Shown in pieces: positions 17,265 through 32,329 of a stretch of DNA of 64,000 nt. Origin of the DNA: Octopus vulgaris. Lineage: Eukaryota. The notes below the pieces were generated by a model that had not been told where the DNA came from, did not search any database, and worked only from the letters and a program-made list of their open reading frames with translations. Location of the stretch: the NCBI GenBank assembly GCA_951406725.2, contig OX597818.1, positions 86,056,001 through 86,120,000 of the forward strand. The letters are read 5' to 3'. Both the position numbers and the translations under genes were made by a program. Positions within the stretch are counted from its first letter, which is position 1. Every line of letters begins with the position of its first letter.

Positions 17265-17489
17265 ATAATATAATCCTTTCTACTCTAGGCGCAAGACCCA
17301 AAAGTTTTGGGGAGGTGGGGCTAGTTGATTAGATCGACCCCAGTATACAACTGGTACTTAATTTATCGACCCCGAAAGGATGAAAGGCAAAGTCGACCTC
17401 GGCGGAATTTGAACTAAGACCGTAAAGACAGACGAAATATCGCTAAGCATTTCGCCCGGCGTGTTAACGTTTTTGCCAGCTCGCCGCCC
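17265..17489 (-). mobile_element. SINE family B, full copy (tail ...CCTAGAGTAGAAAGGATTAT)
   Basis: Head GGCGGCGAGCTGGCAAAAACGTTAACAC and core GCCTTTCATCCTTTCGGGGTCGATAAATTAAGTACCAG on the minus strand. Confidence 0.85.
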
Positions 17490-17522
17490 TCTCAGTCATA
17501 ATATAGATGTATGTATGTATAT

Positions 17523-17800
17523 TGTTATGGCGAGAATCATGATAACCCCTGTGAGAATGGATTAGCCGAACTCGTATAAACAACAGCATGTTTGATTGAG
17601 AGCGAGAGATTAATCGCAGGAAGTCGAAAGGTGCCGTTCGTGAGTTTGCGGATCGCAGGAAATTGTTGAGAAGTTGTTATAGCTCGTTGAGTTTGTTTTG
17701 GAGTTGTTATGTTTGTTGGGAAAACCTCAAGTGGTATGTGTTTATATATCCTGTTATAAGTCCATATCGTAAAAGTGACATACAACGCTACGTCATAAAA
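17523..17800 (+). repeat. 5' LTR
   Basis: TGTTATGGCGAGAATCATG...CGTCATAAAA, homologous to 20060-20382. Confidence 0.85.
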
Positions 17801-20059
17801 GTGGCGACAAGTGATTCGAAGCCTACGTTGGTTATTAACAATTTTTATGATACAAAAGATTAGTTAATTATGAAAGACCTATTAGCTGGCATATTATAGT
17901 GACAAAAGCAACAGCAACAGCAGCAACAGGAGTGCAGCAGCAACAGGAGTGCAGCAGCAACAGCAGAAGGTGTCGCTCAACACTACTCAAGAGTCAAACA
18001 ATAGTATTCAAAAATCGAACAGCAGTTACTGGAACTGATATTGAAGTTGGGAAACACTGCAAGTTTGTTTTCGGCAGACAGCGTAGCGAATGCTATAACT
18101 GATTTAGTTATAACCCAGAAAAAGGTATAACTTTTTCGGCGTAGTAGCAGAAGAATGTCAAAGAATTATCAACCTGCGACAGGACGTTAAGAAAATTGAA
18201 GAAAAATAATTTCTCCCAAGTAGACATGTTGACCAGGCATAAATAAACAAAAAAAGAATATTACGATCAAATCCATGCTATGGGTGTGGAGGTCTGCATT
18301 TTTAGAAAGACTGTCCATTTAAAACTCGGAAATGTTCTAGTTTTCAAAAAATAGGACATAAAACCTCGCACTGCATGGCGAAGCAAAAAGGTCGAAAAAA
18401 TTTTCTTCTAAAAAGGTTTGTTCAACGGAAAGTCGTGACGATACCCAAAAAATAAAGTATGTGTATTTAAAAATAAACGACGCGAACGTGAAACTACAGC
18501 TAGACACAGGTAGCGACATTACAATTATTAATATCGACACGTGGAAGAAAATTGGGAAACCTACATTATAGATAACTTCAAAAAGTGCGCGAGGCGTCAC
18601 AGGTGAAATATTACACTTCTTAGGCGAAATGGTAAGCGACGTTACTTTTCGCGGTAAAAACCTGTAAAGCAAAAGCATTTGTGTTAAAAAATGCAACAAA
18701 CTTGTTCGGTACTGACTGGATGGAATTGTTTGATTTAGGGGACGTCCCCATAAATCTGTTTTGTAAAAGAATTTTGTGTAAGGTCATTCGGGACCTGCCA
18801 GTAACTGTTCAAGGTATAAAGTTAAAATCGCAGAATGACAAATTCATTGCAAAGATGAAAGAAATGTTGAAGATAACAGAGAATGAAAATATACGTAACA
18901 CAAATGCGAACCATTTTTCTCTGTGTGATAATGTGTTGATGTACGCACAAAGAATTGTAGTACCAGCTGCACTACAAAAGCGTGTAATAAGTGAGTTTTA
19001 TATGGGACACCCAGGGATTTCAAGAATGAAATCAGTAATGAGGAGTTACACGTGAGTTACACATTTGTGAAATCCTGCAGAGGTTATGCTCCCGCAGCAA
19101 AGTCACCACCGGTGAAATTCCATTCGTGGCCTAAGACAGATAGTCCGTGGTCTTGGCTACTTATAGATTTGCTGGACCGGTAAATGGCGCGTGTAATCTG
19201 ATCATAGTAGACAACCATACCAAGTAACCGCAGCTATGTAAATGCAGTCAACCAACCTCGAAGGTAACAATAAGGTTCCCACACGAACTTTTTGTGCGAT
19301 ACGGTGTCCCGGATACCATTATATCGGATAACGGAATGCAGTTTTCGGGGTGCGAATTAAAAAAAAATATGTGGAATTTATACAATCAATCACATCTCTA
19401 CTCCGTCATACTACCCGAGATGAAATGGGCAAGAAGAAAAGTTCGTAGAAATATTTAAGCGAGCACTAAAAATATCAGGAAAGGAATTAGGCAATGACAC
19501 AACACTAACTCAATTCTTAAGGATTTACAGAGTAACACCTAACCCGAACACCTGTTCAGGTGAGTCGCCGGCAGAGTTAATATTTGCCTGGAAGATAAAA
19601 TCAACTTTTGATAAATTGTTACCCACAAAAACAAACTTATATAGAAAACCCAAGAAACACTTCATTTCAAAATATATAAAAATGGAAGACAAGGTTGGGA
19701 GGACGGTATAGTGACGCAAAGAATAGGCAGTATGTACATAATAGAAGGTCAAGTAGGCGAGCACAAACAGCATTTGAACCAGTTGAAGACTACGCATTCT
19801 GAAGAAAGAGAAGAAATACCGATGGAAGTTTGTTACGACTTGTTCGATGTTCCAACGTCGAAAGAGGTGGAACCTAAGCGGATCTGAAATAGAAAACGTC
19901 AACAATCAGAACGACTAGAAATAGTCCCAAGCAGAAGAAGTATTAAAACTTCTGAGAAAATTAAAATCTCAAAAAATGGAGAGGGGATGATGAAAGCAAA
20001 AGAATATAATTAAATAAACAATTTGCACTTCCTACAAAAGTCAAATCTCAAAAGCGAGA

Positions 20060-20382
20060 TGTTATAGCGAGAATCATGACATTCCCAGTTAGAATGGACT
20101 AACTGAACTCATATACGTGGCATCGTGTTTGACTGAGAGCGAGAGATGAGAAATCGCAGGAAATCGAATGGTTTCGTTGGTGAGCTCATAGAGTCGCAGG
20201 AAATTGTTGAGAAGTTGTTATAGCTCGTTGAGAGTTTGTTTTGGAGTCGTAACGTTTGTTGGCAGAGTACATTGGAAAACTCCAAGTGGAGATAGTTTTT
20301 GTCTAGTATGTTCCGCGGTATTGTATATATCCCTGTTATAAGTCCTCGTTATAGAAGTGGCATACAGTGTCACGTTATAAAA
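20060..20382 (+). repeat. 3' LTR
   Basis: TGTTATAGCGAGAATCATG...CGTTATAAAA, preceded by the PPT and followed by TGGCAACGAGGAT. Confidence 0.85.
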
Positions 20383-20392
20383 ATGGCAACGA

Positions 20393-20527
<135 letters not shown>

Positions 20528-20528
20528 G

Positions 20529-20578
<50 letters not shown>

Positions 20579-22375
20579 ATGTAATTATAAGATCCAAGGA
20601 TCTATGTGTATGAAGTTTGTAAACTTCGAGCAGTCTGTGGTAGGTATAAAAAAAAACAACGTTTACGAATAATAATAATTTATTGGCAAGGATTGTAGGT
20701 TTTTCCCATATCGAACTTCGATAAGCTGGAAAAAAAATTATGTACTCTTCAGTTAGCAACTTGAGTTGCTATGAATGCGAATAAAAATGTAGAATTAGTA
20801 ACCAAATCTCCCTCACATCACACTCTACTGTGGTTACCTTATATAAAATTATCGTAGGAAACCTATGCACATATCGAACGACGGAAGGTCACCGCTCACT
20901 TTTATTTGTTCGAGTTGACCGTTCAACAAAGCAACAATGACGACAGAATAACTACGCAAGTCAAACGTTTATACATAGAATGATCGCCTTACTTGCAAAA
21001 TTTTCCACGTTTATAAGTGTCAAGAAAGAACACCTGGTAAAATATCTCATTTGAAGGCGTATATCTTTAAGACAAGGATATTACTGTCATATGAATTGGA
21101 TGAGCGGAACACCTAACAAGCGCAACAGACAGTTCTGTCAAGTTGAATTGAGTCGGGAAAATTGTTATGGTTTGCCAACAGCTGTTTCATATTGTTTAGG
21201 TTAATGTATTATTACACAATGGCAGGTTAGCCTGTGATTGATGGTGGTTGCTTGATAGCAATGTACAAATGGAATTATAGATACAGAGAAGGCTACACAC
21301 ATATAGGTTCGCACATGCACTACACAACTCTCATACTTGCACACATTTACGCACGCACAAACACACACACACACACACACACACGCATATATATATATGT
21401 ATGCGTGTATATATATATATTTCTACTATAGCCCCGGGCCATCCAAAGCCTTGTGAGTGGATTTGGTAGACGGAAACTGAAAGAAGCCTGTCATGTATAT
21501 GTGTGTGCGTTTGTGTGTGTATACATACACATATATATGCGTATACACACATACACACACATATATATCTATATATATATGCGTGTGTGTTTATACATAC
21601 CCACACACGCAAATGTGCATGCCATCCATGCTTATATATATATGTACTCACACGTACATACATATCTATACATGTATACATTTACACACATGCATACATA
21701 CATACATACAAACATACATATATATATATATATATATATGTACGTATATATGCGCGTATATGTGTGTGTATGTATATATGCATGTGTGTATGTAGAATTT
21801 GACATCGGTTTTATAAGTGCCAATGCACAAAACTCTCGGTCCTTGAGTCACCCCGTGACGCCTGCTACTAATATTTGATTTTATATTTACTCCGCTTTTG
21901 TTCTTCTCTATTCATCTTAATTATCTAAGCAAAGTACCGTTTTTTTTATTCTATTATATTGATCAAACAGTATCTTTTCATTCTCTGATTTTAACCATAT
22001 TGCATCTCCCTATTCCATGACGTATGTAAAACTCACTTCGACTTCCAGATTTTGATTAAAAAAAGAAAAAAAACACAAATCTCTGATTTTGACAAAACTG
22101 TGTCTCCTGATTTTCTACTCATTTTTTTTTTCATTACAAAGCTACTTATTTCAAATTACTTATACAGACCGACTATTATGATAAATATAATTCACTCTGG
22201 ATTTTTCTTGGAAAAATTGTAAAAACAATTACGTCACGTGAATAATGCATACTTTTTCCACATATTTTGGCCGTTAAGCATTTCAAAAAACTCAAGGCAA
22301 ACTAAAATATATTAACATAAAAGGGAAGGATATAAAATGAACACACTTGAGTTAATGCACCGATGTATATATATA

Positions 22376-22637
22376 AAGAGTAAAGACCCCCTTCGGTCAT
22401 GAATGACCATGGGATTGCACCTAGAGATTTACTCTCTGAGGCACAAGTCCGGGCAAGGTTGTTTATGGAAGACCAGCAGTCGCCCATGCATACCGGCCTC
22501 CCCTCTCCACGCCACCAGTGTTTTCCAAGGGAAAGACATAGGTCGATACAGCTTGGCACCTGTGACGTCGCAACTCATTTCTACAGCTGAGTGAACTGGA
22601 GCAACGTGAAATAAAGTGCCTTGCTCAAGAACACAAC

Positions 22638-22638
<1 letters not shown>
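22376..22638 (-). mobile_element. 5'-truncated CORE-type SINE with a distinct tail
   Basis: The minus strand reads GTTGTGTTCTTGAGCAAGGCACTTTATTTCACGTTGCTCCAG, shared with the 11509 copy, but the 3' part differs. Confidence 0.7.
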
Positions 22639-22676
<38 letters not shown>

Positions 22677-22677
<1 letters not shown>

Positions 22678-22977
22678 TCTTCTTAATCCTTTTTGCCCCT
22701 TTTGGAGAATAGGGCCGGTTTTCCGGTTTCTTTGGCGCATAGGTTCCCCATCTGGACGAGACGCCGGTCCGTCGCAGGTGAGCTGCAAGATACAGGAGGA
22801 AAGAGTGATAGAAAGTTGTGGCGAAAGAGGCAGTAGAAGTTCGCCAATACCTTCTGCTGGAGCCGCGTGGAGCTTAGGTGTTTCTCTCATAAACACACAC
22901 ATCGCGCGGTCTGAGATTCGAACCCGTGATCCTTCGACCGCGAATCCGCTGCTCTAACCACAAGACCATGTGCATCC
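22677..22977 (-). mobile_element. tRNA-derived SINE with a V-like 3' module
   Basis: Minus strand: TGGTCTTGTGGTTAG (A box), GGTTCGAATCT (B box), GCGACGGACCGGCGTCTCGTCCAG..GAAACCGGAAAACCGGCCC (shared with the 11509 copy), GAA tail. Confidence 0.75.
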
Positions 22978-23221
22978 ACACACACACACACACACATGTG
23001 TGTGTGTGCGCGCACATGTATATAAATTCATAATCTACTTTTATCCCTTACTTGATTCAGTTCACTGCTCTGCGACCATTCTGGAGCACTACCTTGATGA
23101 TTTTACTCGAATACCGGTGCTTATTCTATCGGTTAGTTTTGCTGAACCGCTGGTTTACGGGGATGTAAGTAAGCCAACTCCGTCAAGCACTGGTGGAGAA
23201 CATATATACGAATCTGTACGT

Positions 23222-23605
23222 TACGAAGCTTGCTTCCTAACCACATGGTTCCGGATTCAGTTACCCTGCGTAGCACCTTGTCCGGGTGTCTTCTACTATA
23301 GCCTCGGTCCGACCAAAACGTTGTGAGTGGATTTAGTAGATGAAAACTGAAAGAAGCCCGTCGTATATATATATGGGTGTGTGTGTCTGTGTCTGTGTCA
23401 TTGTGTTAGTGTTTCTCTCCCAAAACCGCTTGACAACCGGTGTTGGTGTGTTTACGTCCCCATAATTTAACGGTTGGGCAAAAGAGACAAATAAAGTAAG
23501 AACCATTCTTTAAAGAAATGCGCTGCAGTCGTTACATTCGACCAAACATTCACGAAGGCGATACCGCAGTCTAATCACTGAAACAAATAAAGGATACAAG
23601 ATAAA

Positions 23606-23607
<2 letters not shown>
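23222..23607 (+). mobile_element. SINE family A copy
   Basis: Homologous to 6093-6494 in both halves. Confidence 0.75.
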
Positions 23608-23642
<35 letters not shown>

Positions 23643-23646
<4 letters not shown>

Positions 23647-23856
23647 GAGTGGTGCTGAAATGTACGTAACTTGGGTAAAAGAAAATACAGCCGGATCAGT
23701 TAATTATGACTTTATTCAACATATTCCCCTCTGAGATTCACATATCTATTGTAGCGGTCCTTCAGTTTTTCTTAGCCCTCTAAAAGAACACGGAAGGTTG
23801 AAGCTCTAACCAGGTCTTTCACTAAACTTTTAAAGCCAGGTAGTTTTCAAGACGAC
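23643..23856 (-). mobile_element. Mariner-derived MITE
   Basis: The minus strand retains the transposase C-terminus KLKDRYNRYVNLRGEYVE*. Degenerate TIRs; abuts (TA)n. Confidence 0.55.
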
Positions 23857-24272
23857 TAGTTTCTCTCACTCTCCGCCTTCCAAATCCAAACTTTGGTCGG
23901 CTTGGGGATATAACACAAAATAATTGTCCAAGGTACACGCTGTGGGAACGAACTTAGAACCATGTGGTTGGGAAGCTTCTTATAACACAGCCACGCCAGC
24001 ACCGATGTTCTGGAAAGAATAAAAGACAATTGCAAAGTTACATGAGTAATGACAAATAGTCTGCCCATTATGCAGTTCAATAAATGCATGAATAAATAAA
24101 TAAAGAAAGAAATTAACCAATTAATTAATTAATTAATTAATACACTGAACTAAAATATAATAGGGTAGAAGAGTAGGGGAAAGGATACGCATGTATGCGC
24201 ATATAAACAAATGTAGTGCGCGTGCATATACATACATAATATGTATATATACGCACATACATACGCATATAA

Positions 24273-24470
24273 CCGCAGGCGTGGTTGTGTGCCTTACAAA
24301 CTTGCGCTTAGGTTTAGTATCACTGCATGGAAACGTGGGATACTATATTCTACTATAGCACCAGGTCGGCCAAGGACTTGTGAGTGGATTTTCAAGACGG
24401 AAATTGAAAGAAACCTTTCGTATAAAAACCCACGCATGTGAGTGTATCTCTCTCTCCCCCCCCCTCTCTC

Positions 24471-24545
<75 letters not shown>

Positions 24546-24785
24546 GTGTCTATGTGTCTGTCTACGCGCACATGCATGTGTCTGTGTTTGTACCACCGCA
24601 CCCTACAACCGGTGGTTGGTTTGTTTACACATTCGTAACTAAACAGTTCGGCAAAAAGAGGACAGTAGAAGAGTACCTGGTTTAAAGAAAAAGCACTTGG
24701 GGTAATTCGTTCGAATAGACCCTTCAAGGACGGTGCCCCAGCATGGTCCCAGTTCAATGTATGCAACAAGTAAAAGATAAAAGAT
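24273..24785 (+). mobile_element. SINE family A copy with an internal (TATC)n spacer
   Basis: Both halves are homologous to 6093-6494. Confidence 0.7.
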
Positions 24786-24848
24786 GTACACGCTCAATTA
24801 ATATATATATACATACACACACACATATATACAAATACGTAGACGATT

Positions 24849-24903
<55 letters not shown>

Positions 24904-25506
24904 ATGTATATATACACACACATATTTATATATATATAGTGTATGTGTATATAAAAAAGAGATATATATATATATATATGGACACATACATACATCCTCA
25001 CTTTTGCAAGTACATACAGGCATACACAGTGATGCTCAACAGAGACAGTGGCGCAGATAAACAGCTGAACGACGAGCAGACCATCGTTATACTAGTGTCA
25101 AGAGAATATCTTAGCAATGCCAATCATTGTAAAGCAACGTTCTAGTTTCTATGTATTATTAATATGTTATTTATGTTTCTTCTCTTCTCACAAATAGTTT
25201 CGTTCGGTACAAACAGTGTTTACATTTACGATTATATTTATGGAGTTTTAACATAGAACGTTTGACCTTGCGGTCTATAGAAGTAACGTTAGATTGTAAG
25301 CATTGGTAACCGAGCTGTTCGAATTCCAAAGATATTATCTATACTGTGGTGTTTCCCTACCGTGTAGTCTTGGGTGCAGATCCACTACGCGGGCACTAAT
25401 TTGAGAAATCGTACTTTTTACTATCGCTCTGGGTCGTCCAAAACATTATGAGTGAATTTGGAAGAGAACTGAAAGAATCCCGTCGTCTATCGGTATATAA
25501 ATATAT

Positions 25507-25596
<90 letters not shown>

Positions 25597-25624
25597 GGCA
25601 TTTTATATATATATATATATCATA

Positions 25625-26960
25625 TCCGCCGAGAGTGTTTGAATTTGGAAAAAAAAAAGAAACGGAAGATTTCGTCGCATAAAAATTTAAACTCGACGAC
25701 TTAAACCTGGATATCTTTAAATGTTTAATCTTCGTACAAGGATTAAAGGGCAAGTAAAGATGCAGAGATAAGGGCTCGAAAATGGACAAAGCTTGAACAA
25801 GATTCAAAACTAACTGTACAAATAGTGGCTGAAGAATGCCAAAGAATTATAAATTTACGACAGGACCGTTAAATGGAGGGTATTATCTAACAGTCATAGA
25901 TAATTATACGAAATGGCTGGAAATATGTAAATGTGGGAAACCAACCTCCAAAGTAACGATGGAATTTCTGGACGAACATTTCGCGCGATATGGCGTCGCA
26001 GACGCTATAGCGTCCGATAACATCAAAAGAATTTGAAACCTTTTACAAAATGCATACAGTGGAGTATATTACTACTCCGCCATACCATCCGAAATCGAAT
26101 GGACAAACGGAACATTTCGTAGACACGTTTAAGAAAGCGCTGATAAAATTTAGAAATAAACTACAAGCTGATACTGCTTTGACGCAAGTCTTAAACGTCT
26201 ACCGAATAACACCTAACCCCCAACATCACATCAGGTATGTCATTGGCTGAATTAATGTTCGCCAGGAAAGTCAGGTCAGTGTTTAACAAATTACTACCGG
26301 GAAAAAAAGAAAAAAATGAAGAGAAACACAGAAAATAAACTGAAATACTTCAAAATCGGTGATAAGGTTTTTTTCTAAATATACTGAAACGGAAAGGAGA
26401 GTCAGGAAGAAGGTATAATAAGTAAAAATAACGTACATGGTAAAAGGTCATACGTGGGAACACAAGAGACACTTAAGCCAACTGAAGAAAATGGTTTACG
26501 GAAGAAAGAATAAGACATGAAGAGCCAATGGAACTTCTTTATGACATTTTTGACGTTCCGATACCTCAAGGAATAACCGAACCAACGAGTACAGTGACTA
26601 GGAAAAGAAAGCAAACAGAACTTTTGCAAATAGACCTAAAGCGAAAAAAGAAATTCCAATTTCTTCCCGGGGAATTGAAAAAAATGGGGGAGAGAGGTGG
26701 CAATAAAGATAATAAATAAAAGAAAGATATTGACTTTCAACGAAAGTTAGACTAAAAAAGGGGAGATATTGTGGTGAAATCCTGACACCCCTGTGGAATA
26801 AGCAAATCAACTGTCCTATACCGTATGAAGGCACATATGCATTGTCAGTGATGGACAGTGTGGTCCGTGCAGATGCTTTGTGAAGACAGTCGTAGAAGTC
26901 GTTGAGAAGAGATATTGTTTGTTACGTGTTAGGGTGGGTAATCGAAACCATCGATTCCGC
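25625..26960 (+). mobile_element. Second Mag-like Gypsy remnant (gag fragment, integrase core, PPT, partial 3' LTR)
   Basis: [20 protein letters not shown] (gag); GPLNGGYYLTVIDNYTKWLE..FARYGVADAIASDN; PPYHPKSNGQTEHFVDTFK; PPT AAAAAAGGGGAGA at 26754-26766. Confidence 0.85.
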
Positions 26961-27260
26961 TACCTGTCTGATACTTTATCCTGAAAGGCAAATTTGACCC
27001 CGGCGGGATTTGAACTCAGAATGTAAAGAGCCGGAATAAATACACCAAGATAATTTTTCCCAGCGCTCCTCTGTTGATTCTGCAAATCCACTGCAGTGTA
27101 AGCAAACTGATGAAGCGAACCTGCATTCAGTGAGTTCCAAATAGCCATAAGGTTATCGACACTTCAGGAGCTTTTCCCATGATCAACAGCGCACAAAAAT
27201 GATATGAAATCTATTTGATTCAAAGTAATATACAAACATATATAGATAGATCGATCGATC

Positions 27261-27292
<32 letters not shown>

Positions 27293-28348
27293 CATACATA
27301 CATACATACATACATACATACATACATACATACATACATACATGCATATACTTACATGCATACATACACGCAAACACACACGTATAATATTAAGAAAGCA
27401 CTCCTATATTGTTGCTTTATCCAAATTTTATTCGTTTATTAAACAATTATTACATTGAAATTTTCATTTTTCAATAAAGATATTTTGAAAAAATAATAAC
27501 AAAAGAATTGAATTATATAATTGATGTTGAGAATAATGAAAGAATTTAATATAACAAAAGAATCCTTTTGGAGAATTTTATCGTTGTGATTTTAATAAAT
27601 GTTAATTCAATTCTCAACGCACTTTTCAAATTGTCCTCAACGTTTGAATAAACCTAAAACACGTCATACAATTTTTCCTTTGTAAAATATAATCTGTATT
27701 TTAAAATAATCCAAGATAACAACTATAATTTCCAGACGAATGCCATCTAGTTAGAATACATTAATATATCTAGCATGTAGAACAAGAAAGAGGAGACAGC
27801 TGGTTGTTTAACACAAGTGATAGACACTGTGATATTTATTTATACTTTATGGTCATTGAAAGTAAGGTAGATTTTTCATCTCTGATAAAGGCTAGTGTTT
27901 TTTTTTTATTCTCTCGCCATTATTCAAATGTAAACACAAACGATGGCAAAAAGATCAACAGCATTTAGATTAGCAGCTGCAGTATTAACAACAGCAACAA
28001 TAACAACGAGCAAACTTACAATAGAGTTCATAGTTAGGGTGATAGATATATCAAATGCAAAAACACAGTTTTTATTATATAAAACGTTGGCTTTATTGAT
28101 GTTTATTTTTCCTTCTCTTCACAAACGGCAAATTTCAGTGTTTCTTTGTAATTATTCTAATATATGCATATATGTATATATACACACGCATACCAAGCGC
28201 ACATATAGACACATAGTTAAGAATATGAGTCTCTTTTATGTATATGCATAGTTAAGTATATATATATAGTTGTCAGGATATTTTGCGTTCTTGTCCCATT
28301 TTGTATTTTATTATATATATATATAGCGGCGTACGTACACTTTGTTCT

Positions 28349-28421
<73 letters not shown>

Positions 28422-29147
28422 ATAACATAGACACTTATCCATAACAGTGCTTATGTGTGTATTTATGTATGTATATATATATGTGTGTCTGTGTGTGTGT
28501 GAGTGAATAGAGACAGAGGTGGAGAAAGTCCGTGCGTATATATTTTTGTATGCCTGTATAGATACACACACACACACATATTTATATATATACACACGCA
28601 TAAATATCCATATTCAAGTAAATGACCATGACTATGTGGTGTATATTTATACTTACACACAAACACACACACACATGCATATATACACACACGTACACAG
28701 TCCCTCCACACATTGAATGAATATGCATATCTCAATGCGCTCTTTTTCTGTCCGTGTGTCATTGTGTTCACATGCATATGCGATTAGTAGATCTGATAGA
28801 ACCAATATTTTCATACCAATTATATATGCATAAATGTGTGCGAGTGTATGTGTGTGTGTACGTGTGTGTACGTGTGTGTGTGCGTGTGTGTACGTGTGTG
28901 TGTGTGTTAGTGTTTGTTCATTTGCATGTCTATGGATGCGTAAGATATACTCGTGACCTTTGCAGTCTATGAACGTGCAAAGCTAGCACAAGATCCATGT
29001 TAAGTTTTAACGAACGCTGCATTATGAACGTCAAACCATAATATCGATGCAATGAGCAGAAAAAAATCGTTAAAAAATAACATGCCTGTAAGCTAACATT
29101 CTCCATTTTAAATTCCAAGTACACCACCTAAATCCCACACATGTCGA

Positions 29148-29682
<535 letters not shown>

Positions 29683-29967
29683 ATCCTAATTGATTTTCTT
29701 ATTGTTTAAAGATAGCAGATTGATACTGTTATGAAATAAAATTCTCTGACAAAATTTTAATTCGGTCTTATAATAACTCATTCGTTACTCTGTTTAAAAA
29801 TGTCAAGAGCTTCATTAGCCTGTTCTGTTTATTAAGTCATTCAAAAATAGTGCAGGAGAGAGACTAACCCCAAACTTGCAGTTATAAAGGACACACAAGC
29901 GCGAAGAAAAAGGAAGGGAAGAGAATTTACAAAGAATTTTCTTTCTTTTTTCTTTATATATATACAT

Positions 29968-30026
<59 letters not shown>

Positions 30027-30029
<3 letters not shown>

Positions 30030-30241
30030 TCTTTTACTCTTTTACTTGTTTCAGTCAGCTGACTGCAGCCATGCTGGAGCACCACCTTTAATCGAGCAAC
30101 TCGACCCTGGGACTTATTCTTTGTAAGCCCAGTACTTATTCTATCGGTCTCTTTTGCCGAACCGCTAAGTGATGGGGACATAAACACACCAGCATCGGTT
30201 GTCAAGCAATGCTAGGGGGACAAATACAGACACACAAACAT

Positions 30242-30304
<63 letters not shown>

Positions 30305-30492
30305 CATATATACATATGTATACATATATACGACGGGCTTCTTTCAGTTTCCGTCTACCAAATCCACTCACAAGGCTTTGGTCGGCCCGAGGCTATAGTA
30401 GAAGACACTTGCCCAAGGTGCCATGCAGTGGGACTGAACCCGGAACCATATGGTTGGTAAGCAAGCTACTTACCACACAGCCACTCCTGCGC

Positions 30493-30493
<1 letters not shown>
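30027..30493 (-). mobile_element. SINE family A, full and little-diverged copy
   Basis: The reverse complement closely matches 57409-57822 and 6093-6494. Confidence 0.9.
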
Positions 30494-30542
<49 letters not shown>

Positions 30543-30688
30543 CAAAATGGGACAAGAACGCAAAACATCCAAATAGACCATACAAAAACACGAACGGGTC
30601 ATTCGAAGCCTCTAATCTTCAGTCAAGAACCAGATCATCCTTGGAATTTCGGCTGATTAATCTTGAGTCTTGAGATTGCTCCAATCTG

Positions 30689-30776
<88 letters not shown>

Positions 30777-30785
30777 GGATGGATG

Positions 30786-30834
<49 letters not shown>

Positions 30835-31189
30835 ATAGATAGGTAGATAGATAGGGAGATAGATAGATAGATAGATGAATAGATCCGTCTGTTGTACACA
30901 AGTGTGACATACACAAACCAACACCGGTTGTCTATCGGCGGTAGGGGACAAACATCACACAAACAGGACACAAACACTAAAACACAATCACACGCATAGA
31001 ACAGACTTGCCCAAGGTGCCATGTGGTGAAACTGAACCCGGAACTGTGTAGTTGGGAAGCAAGTTTCTTACCACACAGTCACTCCCACACCTATTGAGAA
31101 CAAAAAATACAACTTACAAATCGTTGTAACGCCCTTTTTCCTGCTTTCCATCATACAATACATACATAAACTATATGGCAAAACAAGAT

Positions 31190-31990
31190 ATAAACTTGCG
31201 TAGGAAGCTATACACAAAAGCACAATTTGTAGTTTTCATGAAAGTGGGCTTTCCAGGAAGCACAAGCCTGTAAGGATTGTATTTCTAGTGAAGAAAAATC
31301 ATTATCACCACACGAAACCTACAGAAAAACTTTTGGCATTTCTTGTGAGGGGAAATGGCACTGGTAATATGAAATCAAAGCCTCTACTGTTATATCGCTT
31401 CGAAAATCTACCCGTATAGTTTAATCGACCCATGATTTAGCATTCACGTTTGAATGACTACGAGCCTTTTCTGAGCTTGGCTTACAAAGTTTTTGCACAT
31501 TTATAAAAAAGGGTACAATGCCAAACGTAGTATATTCATCACAGCATTGCTCCTTTTAGGCAAACCCATAATCCAATCAGCGAATTTGAAAGACTTTTCT
31601 AATAATGTGGATGTGGAATGTATCTCCACCTCCACAAACAATATTTCTTTCTGCTCCATCCAATGGATCAGCGTGTGTTAGTTAACTTCAAGTCATATCA
31701 CCTAAGAAGTTTGGAACAATTCACGAAAGAAATTCACGGAGACGATAAACCTATAATTACAGACTACTAGAAAATGTCTAACATTATGGATTCTGTAGAA
31801 AGCATAGTTGAGATATGGGATGAAGTGAAAACTTGAACACTGAATGGTTTTGGGAAAATAAATATGGCCTGGCTGAAATTATGCATTTCAACCAGCAGAA
31901 AATGTATATGATGTTCAGTACGATACTGGCAAATGATGTAGGTTTTGAAGAAGACGTAGCCGATATTGCATAAGTCATGTAGAAAAAGAT
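31190..31990 (+). pseudogene. Tigger/pogo-type transposase (DDE_1) remnant
   Basis: SFHESGLSRK (resembles FNxDETGLFWK); GNGTGNMKSKPLLLYRFEN; LHPMDQRVLVNFKSYHLR (resembles QPMDQGVIxxFKxxYLR); NIMDSVESIVEIWDEVK. Confidence 0.8.
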
Positions 31991-32329
31991 TTTCAATTGA
32001 TGACGTTGTGTTCGAGTAAAAGTGAGCTTCAGGGCAAGAGCAGGATATAGAAGCATCACCCTCATAACTGTTTTTGTTGATTTCTTGGAGTAAGGCTATG
32101 TACTCCCCTCCTCTTACGCCTACCCCCTTTTGTCACTGTGATCTATTGAAGATCCACCCACCTCACGCGATAGACTGGCGGTTGCATGGGCACTTGGGCA
32201 GTTATATGGGCTGAAAATTCCCTTGTACGTCTCCATTGTCGGCGTCCTTTCTCAGTAATGTTACCACACCTCGGCTAACAACTTTAAGAATTCCCCATTC
32301 TGTTGCCAGTTACTGTAGACATCTACCAA

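Larger units (their letters stand above)
15270..17507 (-). mobile_element. Putative non-autonomous Helitron (outer)
   Basis: The minus-strand 3' end has a GCTCGC-AGG-GCGGGC hairpin plus CTAG|T at 15270. The candidate 5' end is A|TCTATATTAT at 17507; this boundary is uncertain. Confidence 0.45.
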
